From the NCBI GenBank assembly GCA_030264375.1, contig JASCQW010000162.1, positions 41,583,786-41,647,785 on the forward strand: a DNA stretch of 64,000 nt, in the 5' to 3' direction. Under the pieces are notes generated by a model. The model made no database searches and was not told where the DNA came from. It saw only the letters and a program-made list of their open reading frames with translations. The first letter of the stretch is position 1; every line of letters begins with the position of its first letter. This stretch comes from Carcharhinus longimanus. Lineage: Eukaryota. Shown piece by piece: positions 26,478 through 37,070 of this stretch. The translations under genes and the position numbers were made by a program.

Positions 26478-27058
26478 AGGCTGAATTCTTGTTCTATGGT
26501 GGGAATCCCGACATCCGGTGCATTTTTAAAACCCAAGCCCCCATCGTGTCAGCATCTAATGGCAGATGTGATTTTCAACAGCGTGATGGTGGGGTCCTGA
26601 AGTTAGAAGGTCAGTGGGATGTCCTTCAGCAGAGAGATCAGCTGCCTGTCAGAGGTGAGTACTGCCAATGTGGATAATCTCAAGACGGAAGTGACCTTTG
26701 AAGAGCATTTATAAATTTGTAAATTCAGGTCACCCATGACAACATCTGTAGCCCTATGTCTATGGCAGGTGTGGAGGAGGAGGGTTCCTTAGTGGGATGG
26801 AGAGCAGGCCCTTTCCCAGTCCTTCATCTCTTGTCAATGTTTCAGCCTCAGTGGGGGCCCATATGCGGTCTGTAAGATTCCAGTTGGTGTCTGCGCTATC
26901 GCCTTAAGAGAATCTTTACTGGCCGACTGAGTTATCAACCCTGGTCCTCCCTGAACAAAAATGGTCTGAAGACAGGGCTGTGGCATTCCGATTGGCAACA
27001 GGATATTGCGCCACATCCCCTGTGACCGCACCTCCTCAGGTGATCAAAAATTCTGTCC
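26478..27058. mobile_element. Harbinger-like MITE nested in the Penelope terminus
   Basis: Termini AGGCTGAATT / AATTCTGTCC; 3-bp flanks AAT (26475-26477) and AAC (27059-27061). Confidence 0.7.
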
Positions 27059-27092
27059 AACATTTCAGGACGATAACTTTCATCAGAGCTGG
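27059..27092 (-). ncRNA. Degenerate minimal hammerhead ribozyme of the Penelope terminus
   Basis: Minus strand AGCT-CTGATGA-AAGTTATCGTCCT-GAAA-TGTT: CUGAUGA and GAAA core boxes flank a decayed stem II. Confidence 0.6.
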
Positions 27093-28458
27093 AAATATTG
27101 AGAAATGCTATCGGATTCAAACAAAGTAAAGGCAAGGAAATGGAGGGGGCCAAAAGAACAAAGGGGAAGGTCTGTGAAGGGGTGAAAGCAGGAAAGATTA
27201 AATGACAAAAGCAATGATGTTCCAAGGAAAAATAAGATGTTAATGGGATAAAGTAAAGAAATAAAAGATGGACCATGAGGAGGAGTAAATGGGAAAAGCC
27301 AAATCATCATAAACAGAGGTTATGATCTGAAATTGCTCAGCTCAATGTTGAATGCAGAAGGCTACAAAGGGCCTAACCAGAAGATGAAGTGCTTTTCCTC
27401 AAGCTTACATTAAACTCCATTGAAACAAGAAAGGAGGCGGAAAGCAGAGAGGACAGAATGAGAAAGGGGTGAAGAATTAAAAAGATAGGCAACTGGAGGC
27501 TCAGGGTCATGCTTGCAGACTGAATGGAGGCATTCTACAAAACAACCACCCAAACTGTGTTTAGCATCCCAAATGTAGTGGTAACAGCGTGGTAAATAGT
27601 GAATACAGTATACTAAATTGAAAGAGACCCACTGCCATTTTGGATGTTGGAAAAGGAAGAGGTAAAAAGGCTGGTGTTGCATCTCCTATACTTGCATGGA
27701 AAGGTGCCATGGGAAGGAGAATGGTTGTTGGCAGTGATTGAGGGGTGGATCATTGTGAGGGAACAATCTCTTCAGAATCTGAACGGGAAGGTGAATAACG
27801 ATTTGGTGGCAGCATCCCACTGGTATTTGGGGAGGATGATCTATTTAATATGGAGGTCATTGGGTGGAAAGTGAGAGCAACGGGAATCCTATCATGGTTC
27901 TGGGAAGGAAGGGACAGGGAGTGAGCAGTCATGAGGCAAATGGAGTGGACACAGTCGAGGACCCTGTCAACCACAGTGAAGCAGAATGTTTTGGTTGAGG
28001 GAGAAATGAAGACACATTGGAAACATTGGTGTGGAAGATAACATTGCCAGGACAAAAGCAACAGAGACAGAGAAACTGGGAGAACGGAATAAAACCATTA
28101 GAGGAAGCAGGGTGGGAAGGTATCGAGTCAGGATAGCTGTAGGAATCAGAGGTTTATAGTTGATATTGGTCAGTAACTTACCTATGGGAATGGAGACAGA
28201 GAATCAAAAATGGAAGATGGACCATATGAAGGTGAGGGAGGTTTGGAGAAGTTGATGAAATTTTCCATTTTAGAGTAAGAGCAGGACTTTGTACTGATAC
28301 AGTCATCAAACATTTCTACTTTCTCTCCCCTCCAACTACTTCTACTTTTCCACATTAGATTATTAATGCTGATTTACTTAGCCAGAGTGTGTGTATAACT
28401 CTATAAAGATATATATTTTTTTAAAAAGGCAAGCATCATTTTTGCTTTATCTCGGCAC

Positions 28459-28768
28459 GGGCGGCACGGTGGCACAGTGGTTAGCACTGCTGCCTCACAG
28501 CACCAAATATCTGTCTCTGTGGAGCTTGCACATTCTCCCCGTATCTGCATGGACTTCCTGTGAGTACTCTGGTTTGCTCCCAAAGTCCAAAGATGTGTAG
28601 GTTAGGTGAATTGGCCATGCTAAATTGCCCCTTAGTGTCAGCGTGACTAGCTAGGATAAATGCATAGGATTATGGGAATAGGGCCTGGGTGGAATTGTGG
28701 TTGGTGCAGACCCAATGGGCCAAATGGCCTTCTTCTGCACTGTAGGGATTCTTTGATTTGATGATTCT
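28459..28768 (+). mobile_element. HE1 SINE
   Basis: GGGCGGCACGGTGGCACAGTGGTTAGCACTGCTGCCTCACAGC...CTTCTGCACTGTAGGGATTCT; B-box region deleted. Confidence 0.9.
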
Positions 28769-29186
28769 CTGACTTATTAGGTTAGTCTGATATCCAATAG
28801 TAGAAACCTGTGAGGATTAAGAAGTGACAATATAGTAACAACCAGCATTTTTGGTTGTTCTTTATGGAATTCTAATATAACGTGATCCAAATGAGACAAT
28901 TCACCATTTATAAAAAAGGCCTTTTGTATTCATAAGTCAAACACCAAGCATGTCGCAAATCAAGAAATTAATGAAATATTACAAATTTAAAACTGATAAT
29001 TGCAAACAAAAAAGTATGATACATTCATTAAAGTTAGGAATTTTCCTCCAGTGGTAACAATTAGCCTTGAATTGTATGACCGTAAATAATGTATAACTAA
29101 GTGACACTGGAGCAATGAGTTCCGACAGTCCTCACTACTCTTAGCCCAACTGCACGTTTTTTTCCATACAGGTGCATTTAATGGTA

Positions 29187-29512
29187 GGAGGCCTTTTAGT
29201 GCAGTGGGTAATGTCCCTGCTTCTGCGATAGAAGCTCTGGGTTCCAGTTCTACTTCAGGAACTGATAGACAGGAAGCTGTGTTCATAACATGGCCAATTG
29301 GTTGATTACTTGCGTATCATCCTGCAAAATCCATCCAACACACAGCTGGCAATAAGAGCGGGAGAGATTCCTGGTCAGCCAAGCTTGATGAAGAATGGTG
29401 GCCCTCAAGCATAACATCTGGTAACAGGCTAGTGAGCCTGCTCTAGGAAAAAACCTTGCAATGGGAACAGATGAAAGTCTGCCTTGTGCGCCATTAGGCT
29501 TGGGAAGAGAAA
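29187..29512 (+). mobile_element. tRNA-derived SINE (head and body shared with 31850-32155)
   Basis: A-box-like TAGTGCAGTGG, B-box-like GGGTTCCAGTTC, shared body to GAGAGATTCCTGGTCAG. Confidence 0.7.
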
Positions 29513-29983
29513 CCATATTTCACACTCTTTACAACTGCATCAAACTTTTCAGACCTCTGCTTCCACATTTCCAAGTGATCCTGCACCTCTGTCATCTCAC
29601 TTAAATTCTGAAAGGAGCTTAGACTATCTCAAGGCTAAGATGAATTGAAATGGGATAATTATAACCTCCAGCAATGTAAATTATACTATCCTCATAAATA
29701 CTAGGTTTCAGTTACGTGAAGCATTTTCCTTCTGGAACCCTGGTTATAATTCTTCACGCTCATTTCTCAGCCAAGCATTTCATGTGATAAAAGGTGTTAT
29801 CGATGATGGTTGTGATTTCACAGTAATATGGTGAAAAGATCTGAATATTTAAAGCTCAAGGCTTCTGAAAAGATTTGGATACATGATAGAAAATGCATTG
29901 GTCAATTTTCCAGTCCTGGTGCCTTCAGCAGAGCTGGATCACTTCACATGGCAGAGTGGATTGGATTTTGAATTATTGCAGTA

Positions 29984-30118
29984 CCACAACAATTTTCATT
30001 TGTGTGCTATCTTTAAAGTAGCAAGATGTCCCAAATCAATCCACTGCGATGTCATCAAAAACATTAAACACTGAGCTACCGAAGGAGATGTTAGAGTAGG
30101 TGACCAAAGGCTTTGTTA
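29984..30118 (-). mobile_element. L2 LINE extreme 3' tail
   Basis: Reverse complement AAAGCCTTTGGTCACC...TTTGGGACATCTTGCTACTTTAAAGATAGCACACAAATGAAAATTGTTG matches the L2 tails at ~2400-2526 and ~16490-16622. Confidence 0.7.
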
Positions 30119-30307
30119 GTGATCTGTGCACGGATGCAATAATGGTCATGAGCGTAGTTGTTGGCAGCATCGTCCTTGCCAGTGAAGAGGGCGGAACTGT
30201 TGATGATAGATTCCAGTACGGATTTCGTCAATCACAATTGATTCCAAATCTACAAAGACTGTCCTGGGCACATGTTTCCCAGCTCCCCTCTCACAGAAGA
30301 CAGTGTT
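30115..30307 (-). pseudogene. TUBA: Processed alpha-tubulin pseudogene fragment (about residues 50-116)
   Basis: Translates [39 protein letters not shown]/(8-nt deletion, frameshift)/[23 protein letters not shown] versus alpha-tubulin [65 protein letters not shown]; continuous across codon 76, where vertebrate TUBA genes have an intron. Confidence 0.93.
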
Positions 30308-31849
30308 AATGTAATTAATATGTATAGCCAGTTAAGCTGTGATAGGATGGCAGCAAAAATTGTGGGGAATACTTTGGAAAGCTACGGAGAAAGTGATACA
30401 ACCATGATAATATATGTTTGAAAACTTGCTGAAGAACTGGAAATAGTCCAAAATGTTTGACAGTCATTGCATATGTTGAGGGGAGAGAAATAGATGAAAA
30501 ATCCTTTGCAGAGGAAATAAAACCTCTTTGCTTAAGAGTGTAGGGCAGCAATCGGCTCATGTTTAGAACGAATTAGCTATTATTTAAGATGGATTTAAGG
30601 AGGGCTCCCTTATCTTGGCACTCCAAAAGACAACAAAACAGCTTGCCTGGCAGGTGGGAAAACTCAACAATGTGTTCAATACCTGCCTGATCTGGAAACA
30701 GGAGAGGGAGAGAATGGAAGACATTTAAAAATCTATTCTCTTGGGATTATCCAATAATACCACAGAGCAGATTGATGGCAGAAAAATATATGGTCTGAAG
30801 TGTTGTGTGCCAATGCATCCTTATTTACTGTTTACTCATGCTATGTCCACACACACTTTCCAGCCTCTTCCATGTATCTCCTGCATAACTAGTATCTGAG
30901 CTGAACGCTTTGATGCGATTTACAACTGAATGCTTTGAAGCAATTACATTTTCCAAGTGCCTCCCATCACCACCACCCACCCCACCTCCCCAAAGAAATC
31001 ATTGAAATCCAACCTTCTTAGGTACTCAAGATAGGCTACTGGTTGGTCACAATTGTCATTATTTAATTGCCCTTCAGCTTACAACACTGCAAAATTAATT
31101 TTCTGCCTTCACTCACACTGTCATACAGTACCAATGGAAGAGTCATGAACTATATGTTGTGACTTGGAGAGTAAGTGCAGCTGAGCAAATTACACTTTTG
31201 TAACTGATGCTCAAGAGAAAAACCAAATGAAACTATTCTCTGCCTGTTACAGTTGCTTAATTTGAAAGTAGATTTGGAGAACAGGTTAGAGGGGAATTTG
31301 ACCTTGTCCCAAGTTTTAAAATCCTGAGATATTGTTCTATTCATGTTACTGGAAAGGAACAGGATTCAGTTGTGGATTCAAATATTTTATTTAACAAGAA
31401 AGTGGCTTTAACTAAATGCTACTTAACTAGCTGAGTCCTTGCCCTTGTAGATGGTCTTTACCTTTCTGCCAGCAGAGGCCAGTAAACCTGGCTACCAAAC
31501 CATCAAACTTCACTGAATATTTATTATTTAGTTATACTATCACCTTCTTTGACACAGAACCTGTTGTTTAAAGTACACCTGCAATATTTTACTCCAAAAG
31601 AGATAGATCATTAAAATAGAATATTGACACATGCTCATAGCATAGTTCAGGTCACAAAGGAATCAACTTCTTGCTCAATCTTTATTGACTTATAGTCCAA
31701 CCCTAATTAGGCTGAACTTTAACCAGTAATAGTTATTTCAACAATCAGAATAAAATGAGGAGAGAACTCTGATCTAAACTAAAATCTTCCACCATTTAAG
31801 TTTTTGAATCAACTATTTAATTTAGCTGATTAAAAAAACACACTTTCAT

Positions 31850-32155
31850 GGAGGTCTTATGGCACAGTGGGTAGCATCCTTGCCTCTGGGTTGGAAGCTC
31901 TGGTTCAGGCCCAAGTCCAGGACTTGATAACCAAGGAAGATGCATCCATAACATGGTCAAACAGGATAAACATCAACCTGCAAATCATTTTAACATCTGC
32001 CAATAGCAGGTGGTAAGAGCAGGAGAGATTCCTGGTCAGTCATGTGATGGAAAGAAAGTTTGAGTTTCAACCATGACTATCCATAGCTCCAGGCTACAAC
32101 ATGCAAGTACACGTTGCCACAACAATCTGGCCTCTCCAAGTTACACACTACTACC
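31850..32155 (+). mobile_element. tRNA-derived SINE (head shared with 29187, different tail)
   Basis: GGAGGTCTTATGGCACAGTGGGTAGCATCC...GAAGCTCTGGTTCAGG...GAGAGATTCCTGGTCAG. Confidence 0.7.
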
Positions 32156-32349
32156 TTCAAACACCATAGTCGTTTGTAAACTCTTTAAATATAGAATGTG
32201 AAAATATTTTTCAACAAAACTTTAGATAAGAGGTGAAGGAAAAGTAATGCACATTAATTTGCAACAAACACACTCAGTAAGTTTTCCAACAGCTGAGAAG
32301 TAACTTAGGGACAAGTAACATTAAGATCTGTATTGGCGCTAAATTATAA

Positions 32350-33307
32350 TTAGCTGGATTTGTTGAGTAGTGGGGCATTGAACACAACCTGCCATCAGAC
32401 TTATACCTGTATCTTTCAGGTCAAAATATTTTTGTATTTAAAGTTGCCAGAAGATTGAGTTTTTCTGAGTTCAGTAAGTGAAATGAATGTCTGCGATAAA
32501 AGTGTACAGGATGACCAAATATCTTCTTATCATGAGACGCAAAGATTAGGAAATAAACCTACAAAGAATTAAAAGAGTTGACTTCAGTGTCAAATCAAGA
32601 ATAAAGTAAAGTTTATTAACATTGCAATGAAGTTACTGTGAAGTTCTCCTAGTCGCCATACTCTGGAATCTGTTCTGGTCAATGCACCAAAGCAGCACAT
32701 CTTTCAGACTGTGGGAAGAAACCAGAACACTCGGAAGAAACCCACGCAGACATGGAGAACGTGCAAACTCCACACACATAGTGACTCAAGCTGGGAATCT
32801 AACCCAAGTCCCTGGCACCATGCCACTGTGCCGCACCACAGAAAGGTGAAATAAAATGAGGGGGAGAAAGATTAGATTAAAGGAGGGAAAAACAATATAG
32901 AAAGACACTTAAAAATGATTGATTTTGTTAAAAATCTTAAAATTGCCTCCAGAAGTTCAAAACCTTAAGAATGAGACTCTGCATTTGTCATAGTTAATTT
33001 TGGGTGTCAGAGAGACTCAATAGCTGTCATTAATACTTATCACATTGACAAAAGAATACTTACACTTGTAACAGCAAGGCTTAATTTTCTGTAGCAAGAT
33101 TAATGGGCAAGGATAGCAAGTTCTTTAAAAAAAGACAGACTAAGGAGTTGCTGTTACTCTCAGGAAGCAAAAGAGAGATGTGACACAAAAATCAATGTTT
33201 GGATACCCACATTTAATGCATCTGCTCCTTGCCTATAGTTACTGCATAGCTTCTCGTAAAGGCAAGCACTATTACCTTACTGTTAGCTCATGAGCAAAAT
33301 CTGGCCC
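32350..33307. mobile_element. Probable Harbinger-like non-autonomous element containing an HE1 insertion
   Basis: Left TAGCTGGATTTG and right GCAAAATCTGGCCC form imperfect inverted termini. Confidence 0.4.
32603..32835 (-). mobile_element. HE1-type SINE, alternative-tail subfamily, deleted
   Basis: AAAGTTTATTAACATTGCAATGAAGTTACTGTG...GAAACCCACGCAGAC. Confidence 0.8.
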
Positions 33308-33464
33308 TATGAATGAATTTCAAATCACATACTCCTTACTTGGATATCACCATCTCTGTCACTCCTCCAGTAACATACTTCTACCATTAAGTTAGAGCCT
33401 TATGAGTTCAGAAAACTTTAGAATTCCCACTTGTATGCATGATGTCATTAACATATTCAAGATA

Positions 33465-34185
33465 AGGTTGAAGAGAAAATTTACCTGGACTTCGAGAGTG
33501 TCTTGGCATGGAGGTGTCCTCTGCCTTCTCAGCAGTGGCCACCTCTCAGTGATATTACTGAAACTAACAAGTTCCTGTCCTTCTGATTTGCCTCTTAATT
33601 GGTCACCCCTGTTAAAATCCCACCCAGGGTCTCACTGCCCAGTGCAGCAAGGCTAGATCTTGCTTTCAGTTTTGGCACCGGACTTCTTGCCTGTTTGTAA
33701 AATTTAGCTGTTAACCTTGTCTCTCTCTCTCTGTCTCTCTCTTTTTCCACAGATGTTGCCTGACCTGGGCAAACAATGGTCCTTGTGGTATTATGATAGT
33801 CTATAAATCCAGAAACTCAGCTAATGTTCTGGACAGCCAGGTGTGAATCCTGTCACAACAGATGGTGAAATTTGAATTCATTAAAAAATATCCCGAATTA
33901 AGAGCCTACTGATGGCCATGAAACCATTGTCAATTGTTGGAAAAAATCATCTGATTCGCTAATATCCTTTAGGGAAGGAAATCTGCTGTCCTTATCTAGT
34001 GTGGCCTACATGTGACTCCAGATCCACAGCAATGCGGTTGACTCTGAACTGTACGGGAAACTAGGGATGGGCAATAAATACTGGCAGGCCAGCAATGTCC
34101 ATGTTCCACGAATGAATAAAAAAAACCTGCTGAATATATCCAGTGTTTACTGTTTGTATTACTTGACTGCATAACCTGGATGAAA
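33465..34185 (+). repeat. Local duplication, copy 1 (SINE-filled) of 35303-35635
   Basis: Collinear blocks TTGAAGAGAAAA, CTTGGCATGGA, GCAGTGGCCACCTCTCA, TGAAACTAACAAGTT, GACTTCTTGCCTGTTTG and TAACCTGGATGAA in both copies. Confidence 0.9.
33768..34124 (+). mobile_element. Full-length tRNA-derived SINE with CR1-group LINE tail and ACCTG target-site duplication
   Basis: ACCTG at 33763-33767 and 34125-34129; tail GGGCAATAAATACTGGC...CCACGAATGAATAAAAAAA matches the LINE end at ~61915-61978. Confidence 0.9.
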
Positions 34186-35302
34186 TTTATTACGATCATT
34201 TGCTAAAAACTATGAGAAATCAGAACAGAGAAGTGAAGCCTCATTAATTCACTGGATGTTTGACAGTCACTTTAACTGACGAGGAAAATCAGCACTTGTT
34301 CAATATTGAAGGTTAAATAATTGGAGAAAACCTAATGCAGGTGGTTGATAACTAAGATAGTTACATTCAGGACAGTAATTTCACGGAGTTATCAACTCTG
34401 GTTGGACATTGTTCTGGAGATTTCATCGCAATGTTCTACTTCAATTACCCCATCTGGTCATAGACTTTTACAGCACAGAAAAACAGCCAATTTTCCCTAT
34501 CTACAATACTCCTATAATTAATAAATGCTGGTGTTCAAATAACATCAATAAATGGACAATGTTTTAAAGTGTTTTTCCAGGTACAATTTACAGCAGTACA
34601 AGGGAGATTAATTGTTAATCCCTGGGGATAATCCTCCAGATTTGGCCACTTCAGCACTTCTGACATGTTTTCAAAATCACATAATTTCTTTTCACATTTC
34701 TTATTGTACAGGAATAAAATAAAGCATTCAGTTCCATATACAAATATAATCTGAATATCCTGACTTACCAATGTCATTGTGTAGCCCAGTATGAGGCTCA
34801 GTGATGATAACCAGGCTATTCACTTATCTTCCAGTGAAAACATGTAATTTTAGCTGCCAACAAAACTGTCAACATTACAATTGATATCAGCAGGTTTTCC
34901 ATTGTCTTATATGTATTCACTGCAAACAATATAAAACAACCGTACTAGATAGATGTCATGTCCCATCCCAGACACTTCAGCCCCAGTTCTGATTGACCCA
35001 AGATGTTAGCCTCAGTATTACTTGCCCTTTAAAGATGGATTACAAGGCGAGAAGGCTGATAAAATGTTGGCAGAAAGCAAAGGTAAGGAGTTCATCTTTC
35101 TTCCAAATGCCACCACATGTTACAAACCACAATGGTGTGGCTGCCCACTGAACAGCAAACTGTGGCAATTAAATGTCTGATTAAGATTTTTCATGGCTGC
35201 TCCATGGCACTCCTCTGGAAGCAATGGCGATACAGAGGAGATGGTGCTACTGATGAAAAAAAGATGCTCTTTAAGGCTAGGGCTTTCCTGCCTGATCCCG
35301 AC

Positions 35303-35635
35303 AGGATTGAAGAGAAAACTTACCTTGACTTCAAGTGTGCTTGGCATGGACGCATCCTCTCCTTCCTGGCAGTGGCCACCTCTCATAGTGAAACTAACAA
35401 GTTGCCACCCTCTGATTGATCTTTTAATTGGCTAGCCCCGGTAAAATCTCATTCAAGTATCCCACCGTCCAATGACGTGAGGCCAGCTCTCGTTTTGGTC
35501 TCCGCACCAGACTTCTTGCCTGTTTGCAAAATACAGCCGATTAATGCTGTTTCTTTTTCCACATATGTTTCTTGACCTGCCAAATATATCCACTATTTTC
35601 TGTTTATGTTACCTGAGTGCGTAACCTGGATGAAT
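35303..35635 (+). repeat. Local duplication, copy 2 (empty site): MITE end plus Penelope tail plus shared flank
   Basis: See 33465-34185; carries a single ACCTG where copy 1 has the SINE. Confidence 0.9.
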
Positions 35636-35639
35636 TGTT

Positions 35640-35960
35640 CAGTACAGTGTCAGAGCCTTTAGGGATACATTAAATTGAGGACCAGTCTTTCCTTTCAGGT
35701 GGAAATAAAATAATTCCACAGTCAAAAAAGAGCAGAGGAGTCATCCTGGCATCAAGTCAACATTTATTCCTCAACCAGCATCAAGTTATCTGGTTAATTA
35801 TTTCTTTGCTATGTACACACTATGCTGTGTGCAAATTAGCTTCAGTGTTTCCTATGTTACAACATTTTGTCACATTTTGAAATAAGATGTACCAAAACAT
35901 TTTCTAGCCAAAGGGATTGTGTAAGATACTTTTAGAAATTAGGTCTATCCAAATGCATAA
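35640..35960 (+). mobile_element. SacSINE1-like Deu-domain SINE, old
   Basis: AAGAGCAGAGGAGTCATCCTGG...CAACATTTATTCCTCAACC...GCTGTGTGCAAATTAGCT...GTTTCCTA, Deu-like core. Confidence 0.65.
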
Positions 35961-36309
35961 AATATAATTACATCATCTGCAAGATGTGGACTCACTATGC
36001 TTTTAAAATATCCAAGTGGGAGAGATATATTAAATTACTCAACTCAAAATTCTAATGACAGGGCAGGAAAATTATAGCAGCAGAAAACATAACTATTTTA
36101 TGTCAGTAATGAGGCTTGCAATATACTGATTGAAAATCATTTTCTCACTTATCAACCTAGTCTTTAGCTATTCCAAAGCCATAATTTTAGTGGACAATTC
36201 AAGATCTCAAGAATGAAAGAGCAGATAATCTACTTTTGGTAGCATTGGCTGTGACACATGTTGCCCAGGACGCTGGGAGATCTACCAATTTTCAATTAAT
36301 ACCATGTGT

Positions 36310-36716
36310 CAGGCTAAGGTGTCAGTGCCAGGGTGCCAGTGCACTGTTGGCACTGCCAAGGATATGAGGTGGGGGGGGAGGGAGTGTGGGTCATATAAAC
36401 CTTATGCCTGGATGGGTGAGGGTGGAGGATACCTCTCATTGTGAGGAATGGGTAGTGTTTCCTCGACCCAGGGGGTCCTGTGCAAAAGCCTGTCCACTGC
36501 AGATCCTGGTTGGGTGAACAGCGAGAGCTATTTGACTCAGACGGTAATTGTACTTAAATTCATCATTTTCAACGTGCATCGGAACCCGATCAGTGCAGCC
36601 TGGAAGGATTGCAGCAGGTTTGGCAGCCTATGCTAAACTTACTTGCCTGCCGACTCCAGATTCTCCGGTCCATCGCGATTTGCGATTGGACCTAGTGGGC
36701 CCGAAGAATACCCCCC
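36310..36716. mobile_element. Harbinger-like non-autonomous fragment
   Basis: GTGCCAGGGTGCCAG motifs; right terminus GAAGAATACCCCC. Confidence 0.5.
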
Positions 36717-36719
36717 ACT

Positions 36720-37070
36720 ATTCGTTAATCCTAAGAGTTTATGCATTATTCTGGCCTTCCCCTCAAAGTCAATATGTCCTTGCTAAGGTGTGGTACTCAG
36801 TACTGTTCGCAGTATTCCAGGTGTGACCTAGCCAGAACTTTGTATAGCTGAAGTATGACTTTTACATCCTGGCATTCTATTTCTTTAGATTATAAAAGAC
36901 AGCATTCCATTAGCCTCCTGATTATTTTCTACACCTCTTCATGATGTTTTAATGGGTTGCATACTTGGGCCCCAAGTTTCTTTCGGCCTTCATTGTCTTC
37001 AATCTTAAGAAGTAACCTATTCCCTTTCATCTTAGGTCACACTTTCTTACATTAAAATCCAATTGCCATT
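36720..37070 (-). mobile_element. CR1 LINE fragment
   Basis: Reverse strand CACCTGGAATACTGCGAACAGTACTGAGTACCACACCTTAGCAAGGACATA (HLEYCEQY*VPHLSKDI). Confidence 0.75.

Larger units (their letters stand above)
26378..28310 (-). mobile_element. Penelope-like retroelement 3' part (GIY-YIG endonuclease region plus terminal repeat), split by a MITE
   Basis: NLVYCIHYLPRCYHYIWDAKHSLGGCFVECLHSVCKHDPEPPVAYLFNS (ORF 27410-27682) resembles the Penelope GIY-YIG NLVYCIRC..C...YIGETKR.L.DRF.EH; upstream DRIPVALTFHP; terminus at 26378-26477. Confidence 0.88.

Noticed and set aside
30115-30307. Functional alpha-tubulin exon
   Set aside because: Frameshifting deletion, substitutions at invariant residues, no splice sites and no other tubulin exons in the window.
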